Shown piece after piece: positions 30,038 to 39,257 of a stretch of DNA of 64,000 nt. Under the pieces are notes generated by a model. It saw only the letters and a program-made list of their open reading frames with translations, made no database searches and had not been told where the DNA came from. The stretch's first letter is position 1, and every line of letters starts with the position of its first letter. Made by a program: the position numbers and the translations under genes. The DNA comes from Kosmotogales bacterium (lineage in GTDB: Bacteria; Thermotogota; Thermotogae; Petrotogales; Kosmotogaceae). Where the stretch lies: positions 250 to 64,249 of the forward strand of contig JASGMR010000003.1 in assembly GCA_030156385.1 (NCBI GenBank), given 5' to 3'.

Positions 30038-31174
30038 CTACCCTTCATGTTCAATTAAAAATGAACCTATATCATTTATAAGATTTTCATAAGATGGAAT
30101 ATCATCAATAAGTATCTGTTTTTCCGACATCATGTTCCAGGATTGAATTATATAATCTATTGTTGTTATATGCCTTGCCACTCTCAATGATATTGGATAA
30201 CCATTTTCATCATAAGGTGCATATAATTTTCCTTCTTTAGCGGCCTGAACATAGAACTTGTCCAAACCTGTTACCACAAGATCTTCGTCTGTTTTTCCCC
30301 TCAATCTCCCCTGTGAAGGGTTTGCAACTTCCAACAATAAAACCATAGCGTCAGTTGAATCCCCGATTTCTCTGTGACTCAATCCCCTTAGATTGACCGG
30401 CGATTCTTCCAAACGAATTTGAATATTGTCCATTTCAAGCATCATTTGGGCCGTAATAGCTAGTTCAGCAGCGTTTTGATGGAATACTATTGCATCGTTA
30501 ACGGGATATTCCGGTGAAGACTCATGCATATCAATAACTATATCTACTTTTTCATTTTTTATCAATTGAACAATGGCATATGCCAGCTTTTCCGTAGGAT
30601 ATCCATCTGGGTCCCCGGGGTAACATCTGTTCAAATTTGAAACTTCACCACCACCCAAAGTGGATCCTGATTGATGATTATAAAGGGTCGGATCAGGCCA
30701 TTGATCTGTGGGATTTGTTCTTCTTGAACCGAATCTGAAATCTCTTGTGGAACCATCCGGCAAATCAATATGATAAAATTCAGGAGCGCCTTCCATCGCG
30801 TCATTATGAGAGATGGCGCTATTGTTTGCATATGGAATGATAAAAACTTTCCCTGTTTCAACCTTTATATTTTCCAGCATAACTATAGCCGATAATATTC
30901 CTGCGGGTTCGTTTGCATGTGTACCACCCAGAATTAGAATCGAGCCTCCCTCGACACCACTATCAAAAACATACACATTTGTATCCATATTCGTATTTTT
31001 TATCCCTTCGAACCAGTTGCTCAGTTTTACTGTTTCGGTAACGCCTGGTCCGTTCAAAACGGGATTGATTTTCATACTGATGAAACTTACCGTTGCAATT
31101 ATGCAAACTGCAATTACTCCCAAAATATAAAAAATGAAGGCTAATATCCTTCTTTTCAAAATACTCACCGCCAT
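30038..31174 (-). CDS. Membrane-anchored M14/AstE-AspA-family Zn carboxypeptidase/deacylase, paralog 1
   Basis: N-terminal TM; GGTHANE, NLNR, DMHES, LEVANP. Confidence 0.82.
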   Translation of the reverse strand: MAVSILKRRILAFIFYILGVIAVCIIATVSFISMKINPVLNGPGVTETVKLSNWFEGIKNTNMDTNVYVFDSGVEGGSILILGGTHANEPAGILSAIVMLENIKVETGKVFIIPYANNSAISHNDAMEGAPEFYHIDLPDGSTRDFRFGSRRTNPTDQWPDPTLYNHQSGSTLGGGEVSNLNRCYPGDPDGYPTEKLAYAIVQLIKNEKVDIVIDMHESSPEYPVNDAIVFHQNAAELAITAQMMLEMDNIQIRLEESPVNLRGLSHREIGDSTDAMVLLLEVANPSQGRLRGKTDEDLVVTGLDKFYVQAAKEGKLYAPYDENGYPISLRVARHITTIDYIIQSWNMMSEKQILIDDIPSYENLINDIGSFLIEHEG

Positions 31175-31190
31175 ATATTTTATTAATTAT

Positions 31191-31216
31191 AAAATCCCTC
31201 GCAAAAATGCGAGGGA
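31191..31216 (-). terminator. Intra-operon hairpin/weak terminator after DUF6305 gene
   Basis: TCCCTCGCA-N4-TGCGAGGGA then TTTT on minus strand. Confidence 0.7.
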
Positions 31217-31223
31217 AGTTTAC

Positions 31224-31784
31224 TTAAAGTCCAAAGACTTCAGAAATTACATTTTTCAAATCGGCCGTTTTTTCGAAGAAGAAAATCGGAATTTCTTTTT
31301 CTTCTGCAATGTTGGAAAACATTTGATCGGCCGCATCACTTTCTTCTTTGATAAATAATGCATCTGCAAAAGGAGATAATTCGTTGAATAGAAGATCCGA
31401 ACTTGCTCCTCTTCTTGCAGCGCCTTCAAGATGAGTAAGAACAATCGGTAAGCCGTTATCCTTGGCTTTTTGTGCCAGTGCAACAACTCTTGCCGTTTCT
31501 TCATCTATATCTATTCCCGCAGCGCCTAAACCCTTACCGCTTGCTCCGACAACAAAAATAGCACAATTGTAAGCCTGAGGATCAAAATCATCCGCGGTCA
31601 TAAGCTTTTCAAATGTATAATCGAGCTTGACCATTTTACAAACGACGGTCATCTGAAGAGCACCTGGAGACTGTCCGGCCGATGTGATAAATGCCGGTTG
31701 TTCAAGTGTAAAAACTTCTTCCGCAAAAACAAAACCTACAAAAAATATTGCCAGGGCAAAAAATACTACTGATACTTTTTTCAT
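31224..31784 (-). CDS. Exported DUF6305-like protein
   Basis: Signal peptide (..FVFA|EE); ITSAGQS, GASGKGLGAAGID, H.EG..RRG..SD; family name from memory. Confidence 0.7.
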   Translation of the reverse strand: MKKVSVVFFALAIFFVGFVFAEEVFTLEQPAFITSAGQSPGALQMTVVCKMVKLDYTFEKLMTADDFDPQAYNCAIFVVGASGKGLGAAGIDIDEETARVVALAQKAKDNGLPIVLTHLEGAARRGASSDLLFNELSPFADALFIKEESDAADQMFSNIAEEKEIPIFFFEKTADLKNVISEVFGL

Positions 31785-31806
31785 CAATATCACCTCTTAA
31801 TAAATA

Positions 31807-33579
31807 TTACAATTCAGGTGCAGCTGCGGCTCCATCTCTTCTTATTGAACCTGCACCCACTGCCATTCCATCTTCTGCAACAGAAATAATATTCGGACCT
31901 CCGAAGAAGAGATCGGGATATCCATATTCGTTTACATCATGTCCTAGAATATCAGACAAGAATGCAAGAGTAGATTCAGGGTACCCGCCTTCAATGGTCA
32001 GATCTTTGTAACTTGAATATCCGACAAATTTCGGAGTGGCAACTGCTTCGTCTATTGACATGTTGAAGTCGATAACATCAACCAGTAACTGAATGATCGT
32101 GGAAACGATTCTTCCGCCACCCGGTGTTCCAATAATCCATCTTACCTTTCCATCCTTTTGAACAATTGTAGGACATATTGTGGTTCTTGGCCTCATATTA
32201 GGTTCCAATGCGAGAACCGATGATTTGTTCGAACTGAAATTGTACATTTCGTTGTTGAAGAAAAAGCCATCCATGTATTCCGATGTTCCGAAGAAACTGG
32301 AAATTGTCTGTGTCCATGCAACAGCATTGCCCCACTGGTCAATAACAGAGAAGTGAGTTGTCGAAGGGTGTTCGTATATATCGTCAGTCTGCAAAGCTGC
32401 TTTTTCCGCTTCCGAAAGCATTACATCCACATATGATTCACCATCAACGTAATCTTCAGCGTTACCTAGGTAGTCGTTATATGTATTTGGATCTATCGCT
32501 TTGCTTAAATCGATATTCATCATTCTTGTCTTTGCATATTCTTTGCTTACAAATCCTTCCGTGGGAAGATCATAAAAATCAGGATCGGATATGAAAGATC
32601 TTCTGTCAACATCTTCCAGAACCAATGCCTGTTGAATTATATGAACAGCCAATGGGTCATCCCAGGTGAAATTGGAAAGATTATAATTTTCCAGTATGTT
32701 CAGAACCGCTAAAACCTGAGGTCCGGAAACAGGAGGATAAGGAACGTAAAGATCATATCCTCTGTAAGTTCCCTCCAAAGGTTCTCTGACTATAGCTTCA
32801 TAATTTGCCAGATCTTCCTTTGTTATGTAGCCGTTCTTTTCCTTCATGAAAGCGTCTATTTTTTCCGCGAGTTCACCGTTATAAAAGTCCGAAGGACCGG
32901 TTTTCTGTAAATGTTTGTATGTTTCTGCCAGATCGGGATTCGTGAAGATATCACCCGTTTCCCAGGCGAATCCCTCGTTCAGGAAATTTGGAGCGTTATT
33001 AAGAACTTTATCATATGCATCCGATACTACCCCTGCAAAAGTTTCATTGACGACCATTCCATTTTCGGCCAATGAAATCGAAGGTTCGATCAAGTCGGAA
33101 AAATCCATAGTTCCTGCCAGATCTAAAGCTGCCTCTATACCGGCTAATACTCCAGGAACACAAGCACCTTTTGCATTGTATTGAATTGGATAGTATTTAT
33201 TCCCTGCCTCATCTTCCTGAACCCTACTGCTTAAAGTTGCAAAATCTTTTTCAAGTTGTTCATAAGTAGTTGCCGAAGGTGATTTGCTTCTGAAATCAAT
33301 GGCATATTTTTCCCCATTTGCAAGCGTAATAACACAATAACCTTCACCACCGAGCCCGGAAGCATAAGGTTCGGCTACCCCAAGAGCCAAACTTATGGCT
33401 ACAGCGGCATCTACAGCGTTTCCACCCATTTCAAGTACCTGGGCACCTATCTCCGCAGCATAAGAATTTGCAGCCGCTACGACCCCTTTGCTTGAAGCAA
33501 CAACGGGTGCCGAATAAACGGCAAATCCAAATGAAACCATTAACAAACTAACAACCAAAAGAACAAAAAGCTTTCTCAA
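31807..33579 (-). CDS. ggt: Exported gamma-glutamyltransferase-family Ntn-hydrolase, CapD-like
   Basis: Signal peptide; GGNAVDAAVA, EPYASGLGG, S|TTHFS autocleavage Thr, GTPGG oxyanion hole. Confidence 0.92.
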   Translation of the reverse strand: MRKLFVLLVVSLLMVSFGFAVYSAPVVASSKGVVAAANSYAAEIGAQVLEMGGNAVDAAVAISLALGVAEPYASGLGGEGYCVITLANGEKYAIDFRSKSPSATTYEQLEKDFATLSSRVQEDEAGNKYYPIQYNAKGACVPGVLAGIEAALDLAGTMDFSDLIEPSISLAENGMVVNETFAGVVSDAYDKVLNNAPNFLNEGFAWETGDIFTNPDLAETYKHLQKTGPSDFYNGELAEKIDAFMKEKNGYITKEDLANYEAIVREPLEGTYRGYDLYVPYPPVSGPQVLAVLNILENYNLSNFTWDDPLAVHIIQQALVLEDVDRRSFISDPDFYDLPTEGFVSKEYAKTRMMNIDLSKAIDPNTYNDYLGNAEDYVDGESYVDVMLSEAEKAALQTDDIYEHPSTTHFSVIDQWGNAVAWTQTISSFFGTSEYMDGFFFNNEMYNFSSNKSSVLALEPNMRPRTTICPTIVQKDGKVRWIIGTPGGGRIVSTIIQLLVDVIDFNMSIDEAVATPKFVGYSSYKDLTIEGGYPESTLAFLSDILGHDVNEYGYPDLFFGGPNIISVAEDGMAVGAGSIRRDGAAAAPEL

Positions 33580-33615
33580 TTTTACCCCTCCTTATAATAA
33601 AAGAATCATGTAAAA

Positions 33616-34632
33616 TCACTTTACAACAACGACAAAAAACATATCAGTGTTAAAAGAAATTATATTTGTCGATTTTTCAGGATTTTCCCAATTTCTATAA
33701 TATTTAAAAGAAATAAAAGCCTTCCCTTCTGAGACTGGCTCGAATGAAAATTTTATTTCACTTCCCATACCAATTGTACCACTATTTTCATCTGTTATTA
33801 TTTCTTTTTTATAAAACTCTAATACTTTTTTATTTGTTATTTCATAATTCCAGGTATATCCGGTAGTGGGATTTTCATATAGTTCTATATAAGCCAGTTG
33901 ATCTTTGGTAATTTCGGTCAGTGATTCTTCGGGAGAAACAGAATCTACAACCTCAATATCATATTCAAAAGTTTTAATCGGATCATCTTCCCACGGTCTT
34001 TTGTATTCAAAAATAATTTTATACGTTCCACTTTTTGATGAAGAAATTTCAAATATAACTTTATTTGATGCACCCAGAAGTTTTGAATCGCTTTTGACGA
34101 TTTTTTTCGAAATATTCAGAGGCGATTCAGAATCATCAATATTATAAGTCCACGAATATCCTGTGGAAGGATTCTCGTCCAATTCAATCATGCCAACTTC
34201 ATCGATACTCAATGTATTCTGTCCCTCTTTCAGATTCATAGAATCATAAGCCTTTAAATTGTATACTTTGAAGTCAATTGCGGTATCGGGATTTTCCCAC
34301 GGTCTGTAAAGAGAAAAAATAATAGTGCCTTCACCTGATTTATTCACTTTGAAGGTCCATTCTTTAAAATAAGGTGCACCACTCATTTGTTTTTCCGGAG
34401 ATTTTTCTTCATTTGGATTGATTGTTTTCTCGCCGATTAATTTTATTAAATCGGGATTTGACAGCGAGTAATTCCAGATAAAACCGGTTGAACCGTTTTC
34501 CTCGAGTTTTATCACGAGTGTTTCTCCAACTCCAACATCATTTACTACTGATTCAAGCAACACGTTATTCGTAGCGAAAGAAAAAACAAATAACATTAAA
34601 AAAATTATCGTTACAAAAATATTTTTTTTCAT
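33616..34632 (-). CDS. Exported protein with three tandem chagasin (I42) inhibitor domains
   Basis: ENGSTGFIW..YRPWE, ENPSTGYSW..KRPWE, ENPTTGYTW..YRNWE; signal peptide. Confidence 0.88.
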   Translation of the reverse strand: MKKNIFVTIIFLMLFVFSFATNNVLLESVVNDVGVGETLVIKLEENGSTGFIWNYSLSNPDLIKLIGEKTINPNEEKSPEKQMSGAPYFKEWTFKVNKSGEGTIIFSLYRPWENPDTAIDFKVYNLKAYDSMNLKEGQNTLSIDEVGMIELDENPSTGYSWTYNIDDSESPLNISKKIVKSDSKLLGASNKVIFEISSSKSGTYKIIFEYKRPWEDDPIKTFEYDIEVVDSVSPEESLTEITKDQLAYIELYENPTTGYTWNYEITNKKVLEFYKKEIITDENSGTIGMGSEIKFSFEPVSEGKAFISFKYYRNWENPEKSTNIISFNTDMFFVVVVK

Positions 34633-34823
34633 TTTTTCACCTCCGTCGGTAATATGACATAAAAAGTTCTCTTAAAGTTTATATAAAACATTCTGATCTG
34701 CTTGTTAAAATAAGCGATTTTAGTTAATTTGCTGGAAATATTTTCGATTAATAAAGATTACATATAATTTTCTCCAATCTCTTATATAATATAAATAATA
34801 TTATATGGTTAGGAGGATTACCC

Positions 34824-37388
34824 ATGAGATTTATTCAGAATGCACGAGTTAGTCCGAAACTTTCTGAAGAATTAAAGCCCCTTGAAGAATTAGCTTATAA
34901 TTTCTGGTGGACCTGGAATTATGAACTACAGGATTTATTTAAAAGGATAAATTATGATCTTTGGTATGAGTTAGGGAGATCACCGGTAAAACTGTTGAGA
35001 AGAGTTAAGCAAAAGAGAATAGATGAACTTTCAAAGGATAAAGATTTTTTAAATGAATTGAACAGAATTTATAAGAAGTTTAAAAATTATATGAAAAATG
35101 AAGAAACATGGTTGAATAAAAATCATTCTGATGCTAAAGAGAAAACTATCGCTTATTTTTGCATGGAATATGGGATTCATGAATCTTTCCCTATTTATTC
35201 CGGTGGATTGGGTATCTTGGCTGGCGATCACTTAAAAACAGCCAGTGATATGGGGCTGAATTTCGTTGCGGTTGGATTGTTATATAAAAAGGGATATTTT
35301 AAGCAGAGTATCGATAAGAGTGGTTGGCAGCAGAATTATTTTGAGGTTTATGATTTCGATGATTTTCCTGTAGTATCGGCAAAAAATAAATCAGGAGAAG
35401 AGGTTTTTATCGTTGTTAAATTTGAAAACAAACAAGTGTGGGCAAAGGTCTGGAAAGCGATGGTTGGCAGAACATCTTTGTTTTTACTTGATACCGATAT
35501 TCCACAGAATGAGCCCGAAGATCGGGGGATTACTGAAAATCTCTATGGTGGAAACAGAGAAATGAGGATAAAGCAGGAAATTGTTTTGGGAATTGGAGGG
35601 GTGAGAGCTTTAAGGCAGTTGGATATTTTTCCCGATGTATGGCATATGAATGAAGGTCATGCGGCTTTTCTGGCACTGGAAAGAATAAGAGAAAATGTCG
35701 AACAAAAACAATTTGATTTTAAAAAGGCTATCGAAGCCGTTAAATCGAATAATATATTCACAACTCATACACCCGTTCCCGCAGGGAATGATACCTTCGT
35801 TCTCAGTTTGATTGATAAATATTTTGGGGAGTATTTTCCAAAATTAAGAATTTCAAGAAACGATTTTATATCACTCGGTTTAGAAAAATTAGAGAATGGT
35901 TATGAACAGTTTAACATGACAATACTTGCCCTGAATGTTTCTGCTCAGGCAAACGGAGTGAGTGAACTTCATGGAAAGGTATCCAGAAAAATGTGGAAAA
36001 AGAATTATCTGGACCTTATTGAAGCGGAAGTTCCAATTGGTCATGTTACCAACGGAGTGCATATTTGGACGTGGCTGTATCATGAAATGCAGGATTTGTT
36101 CGATATATATCTTCCCGAAAATTGGAGAGAAAATATACTTGAGAAGGAAACGTGGAACGCAATAGATAATATTCCGGATGAAGAATTATGGAATTATCAT
36201 ATAAAGTTGAAAAGGAGACTTATTGAATTTTTGCACGGAAGGGTGCATAAACAAAGAATGAGATTGGGAGAAACCATAGAAGATATTATGCAGGTTGAGG
36301 ACATATTTGATGAAGATACACTCACAATAGGTTTTGCAAGAAGATTTGCGACTTATAAGAGAGCGGCTTTAATATTCAAAGATTTGGCCAGAATAAAACA
36401 AATTGTCAGCAATCCGGATAAACCCGTACAACTCATTTTCGCGGGAAAGGCCCATCCTGCGGACAATCCGGGTAAAGAGCTTATAAGAAGAATTTATGAA
36501 CTTTCGAGAACTGAAGATTTCAAAACGAAAATAGTTTTTATCGAAAATTACGATATGAATATCGCCAGACATATGGTACAGGGGGTTGATGTCTGGCTCA
36601 ACAATCCAAGAAGACCTCATGAAGCGAGTGGAACAAGTGGTGAAAAAGCAGGAATGAATGGATCTATAAACTTCAGTGCATTGGATGGATGGTGGGTCGA
36701 AGGATTCAATGGAGAAAACGGATGGGCCATCGGTGATAACAGAAATTATGATGACACCGAATTGCAGGATAGAATTGACAGTGTTTCAATATACAGTCAG
36801 CTTGAAAAGTCTATTGTTCCTCTTTACTACAAAAGAGAAGAAGACAATGTTCCAAGATTATGGGCTCAGAAAATGAAATCGTCTATAAAATCGGTCGGAT
36901 ATAATTTCAACACTCATAGAATGATAAAGGATTATACTGAAAATTATTATTTGAAGGCAATAAAATACAGAGAAAAAATATCAAAAGATAATTTTCAAAT
37001 GGCTCAGGAATTTTCAGTTTGGAAAGAAAAGCTTTTAGGCAATTGGAAAAATATAAGGATAAATCCAAAAATTAATACTACGGACACTTTCAGCACTCTG
37101 AGTGTCGGAACGAAAATAAGACTTTCGGCAAATATTTATCTTGGTGATTTAAAACCGGATGAAATTGAGACTCAGATTTTTGTAGGTTATCTGAACGAAG
37201 ACGATGAAATAGAAAAATTTTACACGGTACCGATGAAGTATAAAAAACAGGATATCGGGAATGAATATTTTTTTGAAGGTGAATTCGAATTACCGGAAGA
37301 AGGTAGAATATCGTATACGATAAGAGTAGTACCGAATCCTGAAAGATTGATAGCGAGAGAATTTTTACCCATCGTTAAGTGGGCATAA
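34824..37388 (+). CDS. glgP: Alpha-glucan (glycogen/maltodextrin) phosphorylase
   Basis: YSGGLGILAGD, HMNEGH, GFARRFATYKRA, EASGTSGEKA. Confidence 0.96.
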   Translation: MRFIQNARVSPKLSEELKPLEELAYNFWWTWNYELQDLFKRINYDLWYELGRSPVKLLRRVKQKRIDELSKDKDFLNELNRIYKKFKNYMKNEETWLNKNHSDAKEKTIAYFCMEYGIHESFPIYSGGLGILAGDHLKTASDMGLNFVAVGLLYKKGYFKQSIDKSGWQQNYFEVYDFDDFPVVSAKNKSGEEVFIVVKFENKQVWAKVWKAMVGRTSLFLLDTDIPQNEPEDRGITENLYGGNREMRIKQEIVLGIGGVRALRQLDIFPDVWHMNEGHAAFLALERIRENVEQKQFDFKKAIEAVKSNNIFTTHTPVPAGNDTFVLSLIDKYFGEYFPKLRISRNDFISLGLEKLENGYEQFNMTILALNVSAQANGVSELHGKVSRKMWKKNYLDLIEAEVPIGHVTNGVHIWTWLYHEMQDLFDIYLPENWRENILEKETWNAIDNIPDEELWNYHIKLKRRLIEFLHGRVHKQRMRLGETIEDIMQVEDIFDEDTLTIGFARRFATYKRAALIFKDLARIKQIVSNPDKPVQLIFAGKAHPADNPGKELIRRIYELSRTEDFKTKIVFIENYDMNIARHMVQGVDVWLNNPRRPHEASGTSGEKAGMNGSINFSALDGWWVEGFNGENGWAIGDNRNYDDTELQDRIDSVSIYSQLEKSIVPLYYKREEDNVPRLWAQKMKSSIKSVGYNFNTHRMIKDYTENYYLKAIKYREKISKDNFQMAQEFSVWKEKLLGNWKNIRINPKINTTDTFSTLSVGTKIRLSANIYLGDLKPDEIETQIFVGYLNEDDEIEKFYTVPMKYKKQDIGNEYFFEGEFELPEEGRISYTIRVVPNPERLIAREFLPIVKWA

Positions 37389-37402
37389 AAATAATCACAA
37401 AT

Positions 37403-37439
37403 AAAAAAGAGGGGAATTTTGTTTTCCCCCTCTTTTTTT
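37403..37439 (+). terminator. Intrinsic terminator
   Basis: AAAAAAGAGGGG...CCCCTCTTTTTTT after glgP. Confidence 0.85.
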
Positions 37440-37526
37440 ATGAATATGGAAATATCCCGCATTTCATCACTTGAATAAAAATGATAATTGTGAAATAGTA
37501 TTATTAGTGAACGAAAGGAGAATTAT

Positions 37527-38504
37527 ATGATTTTTTACAGCCCAAAACATATCGAACATAAACCGGAAAAAGAAATTGATAAGGGAATTTTTGTTAAAAA
37601 TTCAGATACACCGCAACGAATTGAAGAAATAGCCGAAATACTTGTGAAAAATGATTATTCTATACAAAACGCAAAAGAATTCGATGAATCTTTTCTTTAT
37701 CTGGTACACGATAAAGATTATGTGGAATGGATCAGAAAGAGATCAAAAATTACCCCTCCCGATCAGGAGTACTTTCCGGAAGTTTTTGGTTATGATAGAT
37801 TATTTGATACCGGTACCCCTGTTACGTGGAATTCGTACGAATCGGCTCTTTACTCCGTTTTCACTGCCTTAACGGCCGCGGAACACATCGTTTGCGGAAA
37901 CATGTTTTCATATGCACTCTGCAGACCGCCGGGACACCATGCTTCTAAAAATATTGGCGGTGGCTATTGCTATTTTAATAATGCCGCTATAGCGGCAAAA
38001 TATATCCAAAAAAACCATGAAGGAAATATAGCAATATTGGATTTAGATTTTCATCACGGGAATGGGACTCAAGATATATTTTATGAAGATCCATCTGTTC
38101 TTTACGTTTCTTTACATGGAACACCGGAAATTTATTTTCCGTGGATTGAAGGTTTTGCAAGTGAGATCGGTGAGGGAAAAGGAAAGGGATACAATTTGAA
38201 TATTCCTTTAGATCCCGACACCGGAATTGAAGAATATTTGAAATTGTTGATAACGGGTATAAAAAAAATAAATGAATTTTCGCCGGATTGTTTGATCATC
38301 TCGCTCGGACTGGATATTGTTGAAGGTGACATGCAGGGAGGAATGAACATAAAAACTGAGGATTATAAAAAAATCGGTGCCGTTATAAAGGAACTCGATT
38401 ACCCACTTTTAATCGTACAGGAAGGGGGGTATGACGGAAAAAAGAATGGTGAGGCGGTTATCAATCTATTCGATGGTTTAGAGATAAAAAGAAGATTTTT
38501 ATAA
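37527..38504 (+). CDS. Histone deacetylase-family (acetylpolyamine amidohydrolase-like) protein
   Basis: RPPGHHA, GYCYFNNAAIAA, DLDFHHGNGTQ, QEGGY. Confidence 0.92.
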   Translation: MIFYSPKHIEHKPEKEIDKGIFVKNSDTPQRIEEIAEILVKNDYSIQNAKEFDESFLYLVHDKDYVEWIRKRSKITPPDQEYFPEVFGYDRLFDTGTPVTWNSYESALYSVFTALTAAEHIVCGNMFSYALCRPPGHHASKNIGGGYCYFNNAAIAAKYIQKNHEGNIAILDLDFHHGNGTQDIFYEDPSVLYVSLHGTPEIYFPWIEGFASEIGEGKGKGYNLNIPLDPDTGIEEYLKLLITGIKKINEFSPDCLIISLGLDIVEGDMQGGMNIKTEDYKKIGAVIKELDYPLLIVQEGGYDGKKNGEAVINLFDGLEIKRRFL

Positions 38505-38534
38505 TAAAAAACAGATCTTTAATTTTGAAATACC

Positions 38535-39257
38535 TTAAATGATTTTTTTGATCGCTTTTAACTCAATTTTTTTTTCAGATGATTCAAATTTATTTTTATC
38601 TTGAATCAGATATTCCCCATTTACAACTTTTACTTTAACTTCTTCCTTATTATATTCGAAAAGATAGTCACCGTTTTTTAAATTCACCAGTTTTTCGAAT
38701 GATCTTTGAAGAATTGTTTTTTCAGAACTTTTAATAACTTTTCCATATAATATGTAGGGAGATCCGAGCAAACTGTTAATTTCATTGATATCTCCCATCT
38801 GAATATACTTTTTTATGATGGAACTGCTCACTCTGCAATTTTTTTCTTTTACATCATTTACTATTTTTAAATCAAAATTATATTTTTTCGATAAATTTTC
38901 TAAGGTATCTTTATCACCGGATCCCCTTTTGCCGAATCTGAAATCTTCGCCTACCACAACTCCTGAAGCCCCTTTTTTCAGCAACAATTTTATGAAATCT
39001 TCAGGTTCCATATCACCTATTTCGGAAAGATCGGCAGTTATTATTCTTTCAATTCCACAATTAAGAATTTTTTCGATTCTGATATCGATGGAATAAATAA
39101 GACCCTCAAAGTTATTTTTGTAGTAATTGTAAGGGTACATGATTGAAAAAGCGAAGGATTTTACGTTTTTAATTCTTGCAAGCTTTACGGTTTCTCCTAA
39201 AATTTTCTGATGACCCAGATGAACACCGTCGAAGTTGCCGATAGAAATAACGGACAT
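38535..39257 (-). CDS. ribF: FAD synthetase (FMN adenylyltransferase) with degenerate riboflavin kinase domain
   Basis: GNFDGVHLGH, VGEDFRFG, VSSS; follows rbfA-truB; lacks GxPTAN. Confidence 0.85.
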   Translation of the reverse strand: MSVISIGNFDGVHLGHQKILGETVKLARIKNVKSFAFSIMYPYNYYKNNFEGLIYSIDIRIEKILNCGIERIITADLSEIGDMEPEDFIKLLLKKGASGVVVGEDFRFGKRGSGDKDTLENLSKKYNFDLKIVNDVKEKNCRVSSSIIKKYIQMGDINEINSLLGSPYILYGKVIKSSEKTILQRSFEKLVNLKNGDYLFEYNKEEVKVKVVNGEYLIQDKNKFESSEKKIELKAIKKII

